Assembly (NCBI GenBank): GCA_016935525.1
Contig: JAFGQU010000023.1
Location: forward strand, 897-64,896
Length of the DNA stretch: 64,000 nt
Reading direction: 5' to 3'
DNA from: Candidatus Omnitrophota bacterium
GTDB taxonomy: Bacteria; Omnitrophota; Gorgyraeia; Duberdicusellales; 4484-171
Notes under the pieces: generated by a model
What the model saw: only the letters and a program-made list of their open reading frames with translations
What the model was told of the DNA's origin: nothing
The model's database searches: none
In this document: positions 27,905 to 38,168 of the stretch, in pieces
Layout of the letters: each line of letters opens with the position of its first letter
Numbering within the stretch: the stretch's first letter is position 1
Position numbers and translations under genes: made by a program

Positions 27905-30900
27905 TCATCTTTTCTGTTCTCTTTCTTTTTTACGGTCTTCGATGACTTTCTGAGCAAGCGCTGTCGGTAACTCTACATATTTTGAGAATTCCATGGAACA
28001 TGACGCTCTCCCGCTGCTTAAAGAACGCAATATCGTCATATATCCGAACAGTTCCGAAAGCGGAGCTTCGGCTTTCACTACTTTCAAATTGGCTTTGGAA
28101 TCGATATTGAGGATCTTTCCCCGTTTAGAACAGATGTTTCCGACGATATTACTTACATAATCTTCGGGAGTGGTTATTTCCAGCGACATAGAAGGTTCAA
28201 GCAGTGTCGGCGAACATTTCATGAACCCTTCTTTGAAACATCCGATTGCCGCAAGACGAAAGGCGATATCGGATGAATCGACTTCATGATAGGACCCGTC
28301 GATGAGATTTACATCCACATCGACGACCGGGAATCCGGCAAGTACTCCGCGTTTCATTATCTCCTGGACCCCTTTCTGCACCGACGGGATATAGTTCCTG
28401 GGGATCGATCCTCCGACGATACTGTTCACAAACTTATGCCCTTCCCCGTTGGTAGACGGCGACATCTCTATGACCACATGGCCGTACTGGCCGTGGCCGC
28501 CGGATTGTTTCACGTGTTTATACTCCGCGGTAACCGGTTTGGTGATCGTTTCTTTATAAGCGACTTTCGGCTGCCCTACGCTGGCGTTTACTTTAAATTC
28601 GTTTTTAAGACGGTCAACGATGATCTCTAAATGCAGTTCCCCCATACCCGAAAGGATCGTTTCATCGGTCTCTTCATCAGTATAGACCTGGAAGGTAGGA
28701 TCTTCTTCCATCAATCTCATAAGCGCTTTACCCAGTTTATCCTGATCGGAACGGCTTTCCGGCTGGACACTGATCGAGATGACCGGTGTCGGAAACTCAA
28801 TCGCCTCAAGTATTAACGGGTCATCCTGTGTCGTCAACGTATCCCCAGTGATCGTATTGCTTAAGCCCACCAACGCCACAATTTCTCCGGCATGAGCGTA
28901 TTCTTTATTTTCACGCTGGTTGGCATGCATCTGGACGATCCTCCCGATACGTTCTTTTTTCCCTTTAGTCGCGTTGAGGATATATGACCCCGATTTGATC
29001 ACTCCGGAATAGATCCGGGTATACACGAGTTTCCCGATATGAGGATCGGCTTGTATTTTAAAAGCTACTGCCGCAAGCGGCGCTTTTATATCAGGCGGCC
29101 TCTCGGCGGTTTTTTCCGGGTCATCGGGCAAGGTCCCGCTCACCGCGGGGATATCCAACGGTGCGGGCAAAAACGCGTTTACCGCGTCTAACAGCCGTTG
29201 AACCCCTTTATTTTTCAATGCCGTCCCGCAAAGGATAGGTACCGCTTTATTGGCAACGGTACCCCGGCGGATCGCGGCAATGATCTCTTCTTTAGTAAGT
29301 GACTCCGGTGAGTGAAGATATTTTTCCGTCAACGTCTCATCACAGGCAGCGGCTCTTTCCAGCATGATCTGATGATATTTCTGGGCGGTTTCTTTTGCTT
29401 CATCCGGGATATCTTCGATCGTGAAATCTTTGCCTTGCGAAGAATCATCGAAGATGACCGCTTTCATCTCGATCACATCGATAATACCCCGGAAATTCTC
29501 TTCCTGTCCTAACGGGATATTTATCGGGATGACGTTCGCTCCGAGTTCCTGTTCGATACTTTCCATTACGGAAAAGAAATGCGCGCCGGTACGGTCCATC
29601 TTATTTACAAAAGCGATCTTGGGGACATGATATTTTTCCGATTGCCGCCATACGGTCTCTGATTGAGGCTGTACGCCGCCGACGGCGCAGAACACGGCAA
29701 CGGCACCGTCAAGGACCCGCAGGCTCCGTTCTACCTCGACGGTAAAATCGACGTGTCCGGGAGTATCGATGATGTTAATACGATTACCTTTCCAGAAACA
29801 GGTAGTTGCCGCGGACGTGATGGTGATCCCGCGTTCCTGTTCCTGTTTCATCCAGTCCATCTGGGCTTTCCCTTCATGGACTTCTCCGATCTTATGAGAC
29901 CGGCCGGTATAAAAAAGGATCCGTTCGGTGACCGTAGTCTTTCCGGCATCGATATGGGCCATGATCCCGATATTACGGATCTTGGTGAGATCGACATCAG
30001 GTATATCGATCTCTTCTTTTTTCGTCAAAGTCTCTTCCGGTTGCTCCTCCTGCGGTTCGGCCTCTTGTGCTACGGCAGGCTCCTCTTCCTGTTCCGGTTC
30101 TGGGTGAGAAGGGACAACTTCGGCCGGCGCGGGTTGTTCCGGAGACGCCTCTTCCTGGGTTTGAGTTTCGGCAGGCTGAGCATCATCTTCCGTCACCGTT
30201 TGAGGCTCAGCCGATGAGACGCTACCGGCTGCTTCATCCGGGGCCGCAGCTTGTTCAGATTCCGGAGATTCGCTTACTTCTTCTATCTCTTCTTCGACCG
30301 CCTCTCCCAACGCCTGGCGTTTTTTGATCAGTTCATTTTTAAGACGGATCCGTTCCATATCCAGCTTCTTGATATCCTGTTCTCTGGCCTGTACTTCCCG
30401 GGTCTTGATATCAAGATGGAACTTTGCTTCTTCATATTCGGCTTTAAGGGCTTCATGCTCTTCGGCGGCGACCCAGGCGACCTGTTCATCTTTTTTACTG
30501 AGCTCTTTACTTAACTGGAAAACTCTTGTCGCCTGTTCTCTTATTTTCTCTTTATGCCGGGATATTTCTTCGTTAAGGCCGCGGATCTCGGCATTTTTAT
30601 TGCGGATCTCCCCCTCCAGGTCTTCGGCCCGTTGAGTCAAAGTACGTACTTCGGTCGCCAGTTTCACGTTCTTGGAAAATTCCATCTCCAGCAGTTTTTC
30701 TTTTTCAAGATATTTCTCTTTGGTCTCGGCCATCTGTTCGCTGGTCCGTTTAAGCATCTCCTGGGATTTACTCACCCATTCTTCCCGCTGGCCGAATTCT
30801 TCGCGAAGTTTATCTTCGATTTTCTGAGCTTCTTTGATCGTATCTTTTAAAGAAGCATATTCTTTTTTCAAGTTCTGGAACTTCTCATGAAGCGATTTAT

Positions 30901-31075
30901 ATTCGGATTTAAGGGTATGGAAATTCGTCTCGATCGCCTTGGCGCGGACGGTTCCTTTTTTATGCTGTTCGGCTTCTTTTGACGAGGTAACCATCGCATA
31001 GACGACGACCCCGATACCGATGAACACCACGGCTCCTACCCCGACCATCATTTTAAGTGAGACTAATTCGACCAT
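27905..31075 (-). CDS. fusA: EF-G paralogue with ~360-aa N-terminal TM + coiled-coil + acidic extension
   Basis: [64 protein letters not shown]; one uninterrupted ORF. Confidence 0.9.
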   Translation of the reverse strand: MVELVSLKMMVGVGAVVFIGIGVVVYAMVTSSKEAEQHKKGTVRAKAIETNFHTLKSEYKSLHEKFQNLKKEYASLKDTIKEAQKIEDKLREEFGQREEWVSKSQEMLKRTSEQMAETKEKYLEKEKLLEMEFSKNVKLATEVRTLTQRAEDLEGEIRNKNAEIRGLNEEISRHKEKIREQATRVFQLSKELSKKDEQVAWVAAEEHEALKAEYEEAKFHLDIKTREVQAREQDIKKLDMERIRLKNELIKKRQALGEAVEEEIEEVSESPESEQAAAPDEAAGSVSSAEPQTVTEDDAQPAETQTQEEASPEQPAPAEVVPSHPEPEQEEEPAVAQEAEPQEEQPEETLTKKEEIDIPDVDLTKIRNIGIMAHIDAGKTTVTERILFYTGRSHKIGEVHEGKAQMDWMKQEQERGITITSAATTCFWKGNRINIIDTPGHVDFTVEVERSLRVLDGAVAVFCAVGGVQPQSETVWRQSEKYHVPKIAFVNKMDRTGAHFFSVMESIEQELGANVIPINIPLGQEENFRGIIDVIEMKAVIFDDSSQGKDFTIEDIPDEAKETAQKYHQIMLERAAACDETLTEKYLHSPESLTKEEIIAAIRRGTVANKAVPILCGTALKNKGVQRLLDAVNAFLPAPLDIPAVSGTLPDDPEKTAERPPDIKAPLAAVAFKIQADPHIGKLVYTRIYSGVIKSGSYILNATKGKKERIGRIVQMHANQRENKEYAHAGEIVALVGLSNTITGDTLTTQDDPLILEAIEFPTPVISISVQPESRSDQDKLGKALMRLMEEDPTFQVYTDEETDETILSGMGELHLEIIVDRLKNEFKVNASVGQPKVAYKETITKPVTAEYKHVKQSGGHGQYGHVVIEMSPSTNGEGHKFVNSIVGGSIPRNYIPSVQKGVQEIMKRGVLAGFPVVDVDVNLIDGSYHEVDSSDIAFRLAAIGCFKEGFMKCSPTLLEPSMSLEITTPEDYVSNIVGNICSKRGKILNIDSKANLKVVKAEAPLSELFGYMTILRSLSSGRASCSMEFSKYVELPTALAQKVIEDRKKEREQKR

Positions 31076-31200
31076 AGTATTATATTGTTCCGGGTAATCT
31101 TATGTATTTTCCTGCTACTTTTTATATATACCATATATAACCCCATAAAAACAATATTCGGTACTAGAAAAGAGTAAGCGTTTACACATAATCGTTAGTT

Positions 31201-31305
31201 AAATAGCGGTTAGACTAAAAATATATTTGTATCCTTTTCCCTAACGGGATAACGGGGCATCGGGGGAACGGGTGAACCGGCTAACCTGACTATAGACCAT
31301 TGACT
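31201..31305. repeat. Mosaic repeat (TAGCGGTTAGACTA, AACGGG octamers, GACTATA heptamers)
   Basis: Pieces shared with 241-276, 11270-11285, 13895-13930 and 21700-21730. Confidence 0.6.
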
Positions 31306-31367
31306 CCTCCCGCCAAAGGATAGCCGATACACTTTATTGGGAAATGTGTGATTTGAAGGCGTAGCTG

Positions 31368-31751
31368 TTAAAATCGGCCCTGGATATCGTTGATGATCTC
31401 AAATGCCAGGTCAAGATTAGGCAGTGCCCGGCGCCGCGCGCTTACGTCGACCCATATCGAAGTATCTCCCGAATCATAGGTCACCCGGGCGACATACGCG
31501 GCAACCGAAGTATCACCGATACGGGCGCGGATAACTCCGTCACTTTCATTTTCGAAAATGACCTGTCCGCGCTCCGAAAGAACTGACCGGGTCTCTTCCC
31601 AGGCCTGTTCGATAGTAGTATCGAGGTCTAACCGTACCGTATCGACACTCAATACCAACCCTCCGGCAACACCGGTGCCTACAAGAAGCGGGATACAGCC
31701 CGTGAGCGAGAAAAGAAGACAGAGACTTAAAAGACAATGTGTGATCTTCAT
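31368..31751 (-). CDS. Lipoprotein, DUF3568-like
   Basis: AAGGAGG RBS; lipobox LTGC followed by LLVGTGVAGG; VSARR..PNLDLA. Confidence 0.75.
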   Translation of the reverse strand: MKITHCLLSLCLLFSLTGCIPLLVGTGVAGGLVLSVDTVRLDLDTTIEQAWEETRSVLSERGQVIFENESDGVIRARIGDTSVAAYVARVTYDSGDTSIWVDVSARRRALPNLDLAFEIINDIQGRF

Positions 31752-31901
31752 TTTATCCTCCTTCAATGAGCGCGCAACTTATGGAGCAAAGCGATCATAA
31801 GTTGCCTGCGCGAATTGAACCCTTGACGATTTTGCACAAAATTGTCAAGGGTGTAATTCGGTCATACCACTTATGTTCCCTACAATTCATAAGTGGTGAC
31901 C
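31752..31901 (-). promoter_or_regulatory. Conserved three-hairpin leader element, copy 2
   Basis: Homologous to 14202-14363; preceded on the minus strand by TTGAAA-N16-TAGAAT (31936-31909). Confidence 0.75.
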
Positions 31902-31932
31902 TCATTACATTCTACCTCTGTCCCTGTTTTTT

Positions 31933-32706
31933 TCAAGAGCCGGATGTAAGCCGGCGTTTAAACTCTTCCCAGGGAAACTTTTTTCCGGGGCAATTGGTTT
32001 TCGCGCCGCGCACCTGGCCATGGCCTAAAATGTTTTTTGGCGAAATATGATAGTAGTCTTTAAGGCGCCGGACCAGGTAGATCAACGAATCCATCTGCCG
32101 GGACGTCACTTGCTCGATATCAAAATTCCCTACCAGACAGATACCGATCGAACGATAATTCATCTTTGACGCTTTACAATGAGCGCCGACTTCCTGTTTA
32201 AGCCAGCGCGGCGAGACTTCTATCTGTCCGTCGGTTTTTTCCAACGTTCCGTTATCGATCACGAAATGGTACCCTAACCCCCGATAAAATCCGCGTTTTT
32301 TATGACCTTCATTAAAACAGAGGGCATTGCCTTCATCGGTCGCGCTGTGATGGATAATGATGTATTTCCATGTATCCGAAGGATATAACGGGACTACCGG
32401 TTTGATCTGAGCTGCCTGGGGGATAACGAGTTTTTGACCGATAGAAAGGCGATCGGGTTTTTTGAGCTTATTTTTTTCGATGATACTTTCCATGGACACA
32501 TCATACATCTTTGCCAGACGCCACACCGTCTCACCCGGCGCGACGACATGAGAGGCATCATAACGGGCTGAAGGCACCTCTTGCGGCGGCGGGATAGCCG
32601 GGTAAGTCTTAGGAGCATATACCGGCGGTCGAGGCGATATCCGGGCGCAGGAAGCACACGTAAGCGCCAACACCGATAACAATATGAGGTAACTTAGTTT
32701 TTTCAT
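31933..32706 (-). CDS. Lipoprotein with LysM and N-acetylmuramoyl-L-alanine amidase (Amidase_2) domains
   Basis: HVVAPGETVWRLAKMY LysM; IIIHHSAT, GLGYHFVI, GAHC, SIGICLVGNF, GHGQV..TNCPG. Confidence 0.9.
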   Translation of the reverse strand: MKKLSYLILLSVLALTCASCARISPRPPVYAPKTYPAIPPPQEVPSARYDASHVVAPGETVWRLAKMYDVSMESIIEKNKLKKPDRLSIGQKLVIPQAAQIKPVVPLYPSDTWKYIIIHHSATDEGNALCFNEGHKKRGFYRGLGYHFVIDNGTLEKTDGQIEVSPRWLKQEVGAHCKASKMNYRSIGICLVGNFDIEQVTSRQMDSLIYLVRRLKDYYHISPKNILGHGQVRGAKTNCPGKKFPWEEFKRRLTSGS

Positions 32707-32764
32707 GCTATGTCCTATTCTAATTCTTTATCAAAAAAAATCAACCCACTCTTAATAAAATCAT

Positions 32765-32880
32765 TTAGAAATACAATAGAAATATGTTCGCTATCGCTCA
32801 CGAAATACACCAAGTTACACTTGGTGAAATACAATTGTATTTCTATGTATTTCTATCGTATTTCAACTGTATTTCCATAA
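32765..32880. repeat. GAAATAC 11-bp-period inverted-repeat module
   Basis: GAAATACAATAGAAATATG ... TGTATTTCTATGTATTTCTATCGTATTTC; relatives at 34355-34455 and 26755-26810. Confidence 0.75.
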
Positions 32881-32884
32881 TAAT

Positions 32885-33526
32885 TTAAAGAGTAAGAAAT
32901 TTCTTAACCGACGGGCACAAATCTTTAAGAAAACATTCTTTACATTTCGGCTTGCGGGCAAGACAGACCTTCCGGCCGTGTTCGATAAGCACGTAACTGA
33001 ACCGGCCCCACTGGGATTTAGGAAGTATGTTCATGAGATCTTTCTCTATTTTCTCCGGGTTATCATACACGGTAAATCCCAACCGGCCGCTCAGGCGGCG
33101 CACATGAGTATCGACGGCGATGCCTTCGTTCTTACCAAACACATTGAACAAGACGATATTCGCCGTTTTACGGGCGACTCCCGGTAACGTCAAAAGGTCC
33201 TCCATCGTAGAAGGGATCTTACCGTTAAACTCGGTTTTGATCTTTTGTGCGGCACCGACGATATGCTTAGCTTTATTCCGGAAAAACCCGGTCGACCGGA
33301 TATCCTGCGAAAAAACGTTCACATCCGCGGCCGCATAATCGTCTATTGACCGGTATTTTTTAAACAGTTTTTCGGTCACGATATTTACCTGCTTATCGGT
33401 ACATTGGGCCGAAAGGATCACCGCGACCAGAAGTTCTAAAAAGTTTCCGTACTTAAGCGCTATCTTCGCTCCCCGATACTCTTTCTGTAACAACCTGATG
33501 ATCTCTTCAGTTTTCTTTTTCTGCAT
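32885..33526 (-). CDS. nth: Endonuclease III
   Basis: LVAVILSAQCTD, LPGVARKTAN, VDTHV, CLARKPKCKECFLKDLC. Confidence 0.96.
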   Translation of the reverse strand: MQKKKTEEIIRLLQKEYRGAKIALKYGNFLELLVAVILSAQCTDKQVNIVTEKLFKKYRSIDDYAAADVNVFSQDIRSTGFFRNKAKHIVGAAQKIKTEFNGKIPSTMEDLLTLPGVARKTANIVLFNVFGKNEGIAVDTHVRRLSGRLGFTVYDNPEKIEKDLMNILPKSQWGRFSYVLIEHGRKVCLARKPKCKECFLKDLCPSVKKFLTL

Positions 33527-33535
33527 CTTTCTCAA

Positions 33536-33566
33536 CGTGTGACTATGTGACCTTGTGTCGTGTGAC
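33536..33566. repeat. GTCAC module, exact copy of 2647-2677
   Basis: CGTGTGACTATGTGACCTTGTGTCGTGTGAC. Confidence 0.9.
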
Positions 33567-33572
33567 TTTCTC

Positions 33573-34343
33573 TTAGAACTGCACCTCTATCCCCACCGGG
33601 CAATGGTCCGATCCGGAGACTTCGTGTAAAATAAACGCGTCTTTAAGGTGGTCACGCGAGGGAGTATCGATAAAAAAGTAATCGATACGCCACCCTACGT
33701 TACGCTCACGCGCGCGTGATTTAAAATCCCACCAGGTATACCGGCCGGGTTCTTTATGGAACACCCGGAACGTGTCGGTAAGGCCTCTTTCGATAAACGT
33801 ATCCAGCCACATCCGTTCCTGGGGCAGAAAGCCTGAAACCATACTGTTCTCTTTCGGCCGAGCCAGGTCTATTTCGGTATGCGCGGTATTCACATCACCG
33901 CAGACAATGATCGTCTTTTTTTTCTTTTTCAGCTGCGTGACCAAGCCTAAAAAATCCTGATAATAATCCAGTTTAAACTGAAGCCTTTCCCTGCTCATCT
34001 TGCCGTTAGGGAAATAGATATTTAAAAAGAAAAAACGGGGATATTCCAGGACCAAGGCCCGCCCTTCGGGGTCATTTTCTTCGTCGTATATACCGCGCGC
34101 TACACACAACGGTTCTTCTTTAGTATATACCGCCACACCGCTATACCCGCGACGCTCGGCGCTTGAGAAAAAAACATGATATCCCGGCACATGACGTAAC
34201 GATTCGTCTAACTGGTCGAGATGGGCTTTGGTCTCCTGGAGCGCGAGGATATCCGGTTGTTCTTTACTCAACCATTCCAGAAATCCTTTTTTCTGAACAG
34301 CCCGGATACCGTTTACGTTCCAGGATATGAATCTATACTTCAT
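33573..34343 (-). CDS. xth: Exodeoxyribonuclease III
   Basis: SWNVNGIR, LQETK, GYSGVA, YFPNG, GDVNTAH, GWRIDY, SDHCP. Confidence 0.96.
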   Translation of the reverse strand: MKYRFISWNVNGIRAVQKKGFLEWLSKEQPDILALQETKAHLDQLDESLRHVPGYHVFFSSAERRGYSGVAVYTKEEPLCVARGIYDEENDPEGRALVLEYPRFFFLNIYFPNGKMSRERLQFKLDYYQDFLGLVTQLKKKKKTIIVCGDVNTAHTEIDLARPKENSMVSGFLPQERMWLDTFIERGLTDTFRVFHKEPGRYTWWDFKSRARERNVGWRIDYFFIDTPSRDHLKDAFILHEVSGSDHCPVGIEVQF

Positions 34344-34354
34344 TTGTGTTTATA

Positions 34355-34455
34355 AGAAATACAGTAGAAATACGATGGAAATGCAGTGGAAATACGATTG
34401 TATTTCTATGTATTTCGCGAAACGAAGTTGAGCATATTTCTACCGTATTTCTATT
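34355..34455. repeat. GAAATAC 11-bp-period inverted-repeat module
   Basis: AGAAATACAGT AGAAATACGAT GGAAATGCAGT GGAAATACGAT TGTATTTCTATGTATTTC. Confidence 0.8.
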
Positions 34456-35460
34456 TTACTGCCACACTCCCGCTATCTTTTCGCCGCATGATGGGCACCT
34501 GCCCTCTTTTATCTTATTTTCGCTCACAAAAAACCCTTCACGCCTGATCAATCGTTCGCCGCAGGCCGGGCATACCGTATCGGCACCTTCACCGACATTT
34601 CCCAGGTACACGTATTTTAATCCCGCGTTCAGTCCGATCTCTCTGGCCTGATGCAATATATTAAGCGGGGTAGGAAAATTCGATCTTAACTTATATTGCG
34701 GATAGAACCGGCTGATATGCCAGGGTATATCACGATCGACCCCGGCGATAAACCCGGCAATATCGGCAAGTTCTTCTTGCGAATCGTTTGCGCCGGGAAC
34801 GATCAATGTCGTCACCTCGACCCATATCCCCGATTCCTTCATCCGCCTGATCGAATCAAGTACCGGCCGCAGTGTACCGCCGCACCGTTCTTTATAAAAC
34901 CGTTCGCTGAAACTCTTTAAATCGATATTCGCCGCGTCAAGATAAGGGCGGATCAGGTCGATCATCTTATCGGTCATATACCCGTTGGTGACAAACACAT
35001 TCGCTATCCCTTTCTTATGGGAGATTTGAGAGATATCGTAGGCATATTCGAAAAAAATCGTCGGTTCGGTATACGTATAGGCGATACTGCGGCACTCATT
35101 GGCAAGAGCGTCTCCGACCACGGTATCCGCTCCCACACCCGGGAGGTTCTCCTGGGATTCCAGCGGGGTTTGTGATATCTGCCAGTTTTGACAGAATTCA
35201 CAACGAAAATTACACCCCGGCGTCGCGATAGAATAAGAAAGTGTCCCGGGAAGAAAATGGTAAAGCGGTTTTTTTTCGATAGGATCGCAATTGGCGGCGA
35301 TCAATTTCCCGTAACTTGCGGTATAGAGTTTCCCGGCGACGTTATGCCGGATGCCGCAGCGGCCGGTTTCCCCCGGGGCGATCCGGCAATAATGGCTGCA
35401 AAGGACACACCGGAGGCGGCCGTTATCTGATTGTTCGTATAGTAATGCTTCTTTATTCAA
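34456..35460 (-). CDS. amrS: AmmeMemoRadiSam-type radical SAM enzyme
   Basis: CVLCSHYC, DPIEKKPLYHF, CNFRCEFCQNW, YTYTEP, C-terminal CxxC pairs. Confidence 0.9.
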   Translation of the reverse strand: MNKEALLYEQSDNGRLRCVLCSHYCRIAPGETGRCGIRHNVAGKLYTASYGKLIAANCDPIEKKPLYHFLPGTLSYSIATPGCNFRCEFCQNWQISQTPLESQENLPGVGADTVVGDALANECRSIAYTYTEPTIFFEYAYDISQISHKKGIANVFVTNGYMTDKMIDLIRPYLDAANIDLKSFSERFYKERCGGTLRPVLDSIRRMKESGIWVEVTTLIVPGANDSQEELADIAGFIAGVDRDIPWHISRFYPQYKLRSNFPTPLNILHQAREIGLNAGLKYVYLGNVGEGADTVCPACGERLIRREGFFVSENKIKEGRCPSCGEKIAGVWQ

Positions 35461-36017
35461 AGGCTTTTCTTATTATTGAGGCGTCGTGTGTACTGGCGGG
35501 CCAATATGTAAAGTAAATCCGAAAGCCGGTTAAGGTATATCACGATCGATTTGTTTTTTAATCGTTTTTTGTTTTGAAGGGCAACCGCGTTACGTTCGGC
35601 ACGCCGGGTGACGGTACGGGCGATATCGGTAAATGCCGAAAGGATGTTGTCACCGGGCAGGCAGAAAGAATCGAGCACAAGACCGCCTTTACTCTGAATC
35701 CGCCGGATATGGTCTTCTAACATACACACGTAACTTTCATCAATACGTTTTTTCAGCCGGGGCCTCCGAGACGGTCCGCTTATCAGTTCGGTACCGATTA
35801 AAAACAGGTGGTCCTGGATGAAAGCGATGAGGTTACGGTCATTTTTTTTGTGTTGTATACTTTTGATAAGGCCCAGATACGAACACAGTTCATCTATCGT
35901 ACCGAGCGTTTCGATGACCGGGTCATCTTTACTCACCCGTTTACCGCCCCAGAGCGAGGTCGTGCCGCGATCCCCGCTTTTGGTTACTACCCCGCATTTT
36001 TTATTTTTATGTTTCAT
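35457..36017 (-). CDS. Cob(I)alamin adenosyltransferase (PduO-type)
   Basis: TKSGDRGTT, VSKDD, GTIDEL, ARTVTRRAER, YLNRLSDLLY. Confidence 0.9.
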   Translation of the reverse strand: MKHKNKKCGVVTKSGDRGTTSLWGGKRVSKDDPVIETLGTIDELCSYLGLIKSIQHKKNDRNLIAFIQDHLFLIGTELISGPSRRPRLKKRIDESYVCMLEDHIRRIQSKGGLVLDSFCLPGDNILSAFTDIARTVTRRAERNAVALQNKKRLKNKSIVIYLNRLSDLLYILARQYTRRLNNKKSL

Positions 36018-36421
36018 TTCAGTTCGATATTCACACCTTCGGTATGCAACAGGGTGTTATGAACAGGACAATTATGAATAAATCTCATAAACACGTCTTT
36101 TTTATCGCCGATATCGGCATCGGTATGCACCTGTACCGTGATATCGGTAAGCCGTTGAGGAGAACTTTGAGCTAATTGGGCGTGCGCGGTGGTTTTCAAA
36201 TAAGTAAACCCGATATCGTGCCGTGTAAGGTAACTATTGGCGTACACCCCGATACAACCGGCAAGCGACGAAAGAAGAAGTTCGAGCGAATTCGCCCCAA
36301 GCGGGGTATATCCTTCTTCTTTTTTATCGATATAGAAAGAACTTTGTGAGTTCTCGGTATGTACGGCGAATATATGTTTCTCTTTATACTCGACGTGTAC
36401 GTTCACATCCATGTCGGTCAC
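36014..36421 (-). CDS. OsmC/YhfA family protein
   Basis: ELLLSSLAGC ... CPVHNTL. Confidence 0.88.
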   Translation of the reverse strand: MTDMDVNVHVEYKEKHIFAVHTENSQSSFYIDKKEEGYTPLGANSLELLLSSLAGCIGVYANSYLTRHDIGFTYLKTTAHAQLAQSSPQRLTDITVQVHTDADIGDKKDVFMRFIHNCPVHNTLLHTEGVNIELK

Positions 36422-36554
36422 CTCATCCTTTTATAGGCCTCTCAATAAATCCTAAAATGACAACAAAATCTATGTTTTTCAATCTCGGTCATCTCTCTTT
36501 AATCACTGTCATCAGAAAACCCTGTACCCTTTAGCCTTTTCCGGGGTTCTCTTT

Positions 36555-37724
36555 TTAAAATGCCGCGTAAAATATCTCTTTTACATCTTTTTTCTTCAGT
36601 GGATAAAAAGCTCCTAAGTTCCCGCCCCAATGCCGGCAGGCTTTCTCGGCCATCTTGATAAGATCCTCTTTTTTTACCCCGACATCACGCAGGCGCGCGG
36701 GCATACCTAATGAAGAGAAAAACGAACGGGTCTTTGCGATAGTTTTTCTGGCAGTTTTGAATGTATCGTTTTGCGAAGGCACATCCCACACCCGCCTCCC
36801 GTATTCGATAAATTTATCTACGGTCTTTGCATTCAAGACATGTTCCATCCATACCGGCGAAAAGATCGCCAGGCCCGCGCCGTGAGTCACGTCGTATATC
36901 GCGCTTAACTCGTGTTCCATGTAATGGGTCGCCCAGTCGGTTTTTTTTCCTTTACCGATCAATCCGCATAACGCGAGGCTTCCCGCCCACATGATCTGCG
37001 CGCGGGAATCATAATCTTTCGGTGTGGCGACTGCGCGCGGCCCGTGTTCAATACATATTTTCATCAAGCCTTCGGCGAGACGGTCTTGTACCTCGGTCGC
37101 CTTATCCTGGCTGAAATATTGTTCGAAAATATGGACCATGATATCGACGACCCCGCAGGCAATATGGTAAGCCGGTACCGAATACGTATATACCGGGTCC
37201 AGTATCGAAAATACCGGCCTTAATATTTCGGTCCCCAACGCCAGTTTCTGGGCGGTATCGGTCCTGGTGATTACCATGTTCCCGTTCATCTCCGAGCCCG
37301 CCGCGGCCAGCGTCAATACCGCCGCGACCGGTAACGCGTCTTCTACCTGAGCCCGGCGGGTAAAAAAGTCCCATACGTCTCCTGAGTATTTGACTCCGCA
37401 GGCGATCGCTTTAGCCGAATCGATCACGCTTCCTCCGCCGACGGCAAGGATAAAATCGATCTTCTCCTGCCGGCACAGGCGTATACCTTCATATACATCG
37501 TCAAGATGAGGGTTAGGGTATATCCCGGACAACTCCCAGAACGGGATCTTCGTCTTTTTTACCTGGCCGATCACGTCTTTTAAAATACCGTATTTCCGAG
37601 CGCTATTCCTTCCGCTTACAATCAGAAGCCGCCTGGCCCGGGCCTTAAGTTCACCCGCCAAAGCCGTGATCTGTCCTTTACCGAAATAAATCTTGGTCGA
37701 AATATGCAGGTTAAAATTTTCCAT
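36555..37724 (-). CDS. Iron-containing alcohol dehydrogenase (butanol dehydrogenase-like)
   Basis: AVGGGSVIDSAK, GSEMN, HIFEQYF, THYMEHELSA..THGAGL. Confidence 0.92.
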   Translation of the reverse strand: MENFNLHISTKIYFGKGQITALAGELKARARRLLIVSGRNSARKYGILKDVIGQVKKTKIPFWELSGIYPNPHLDDVYEGIRLCRQEKIDFILAVGGGSVIDSAKAIACGVKYSGDVWDFFTRRAQVEDALPVAAVLTLAAAGSEMNGNMVITRTDTAQKLALGTEILRPVFSILDPVYTYSVPAYHIACGVVDIMVHIFEQYFSQDKATEVQDRLAEGLMKICIEHGPRAVATPKDYDSRAQIMWAGSLALCGLIGKGKKTDWATHYMEHELSAIYDVTHGAGLAIFSPVWMEHVLNAKTVDKFIEYGRRVWDVPSQNDTFKTARKTIAKTRSFFSSLGMPARLRDVGVKKEDLIKMAEKACRHWGGNLGAFYPLKKKDVKEIFYAAF

Positions 37725-37919
37725 CTTTCGCCTCTGGTCCGGAACTAAAATTATACTCTCTCAAAGGTATAAATTCAACCTATGCCTGCGAGATGCCGGT
37801 CGGCACCCCTTTTAAAAGGCGTAAAACCGTTGTGTTTATTGCGATTATCGCTGTCGATAATTTTTTCTTTGCAAAATACCCCGAAAAGTGGTAAAACTAT
37901 AACATTTAAAGGAGGCACT

Positions 37920-38081
37920 ATGGCTGAAGTAAGAATCGAAGGAAATCAAGATTTCGAGAAAGCACTAAAAAAGTTTAAAGCGCAATGTAAACGTGAAGGG
38001 ATTGTGCGCAAAATAAGAGAACGTCAATACTACACCAAACCCTCTCAAAAACGAAGAGAGAAAAGGAAGAAAAAGGTTTAA
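37920..38081 (+). CDS. rpsU: 30S ribosomal protein S21
   Basis: AAGGAGG RBS; FEKALKKFK...REG..RERQYYTKPS. Confidence 0.93.
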   Translation: MAEVRIEGNQDFEKALKKFKAQCKREGIVRKIRERQYYTKPSQKRREKRKKKV

Positions 38082-38168
38082 TCAGAGATGGGTTTCAGGT
38101 AAAGACGACAACGAGATGTACCGCTAAAAAGTTCTCTTTTCCTCTTAATATCGCGCTACGGACCATAT

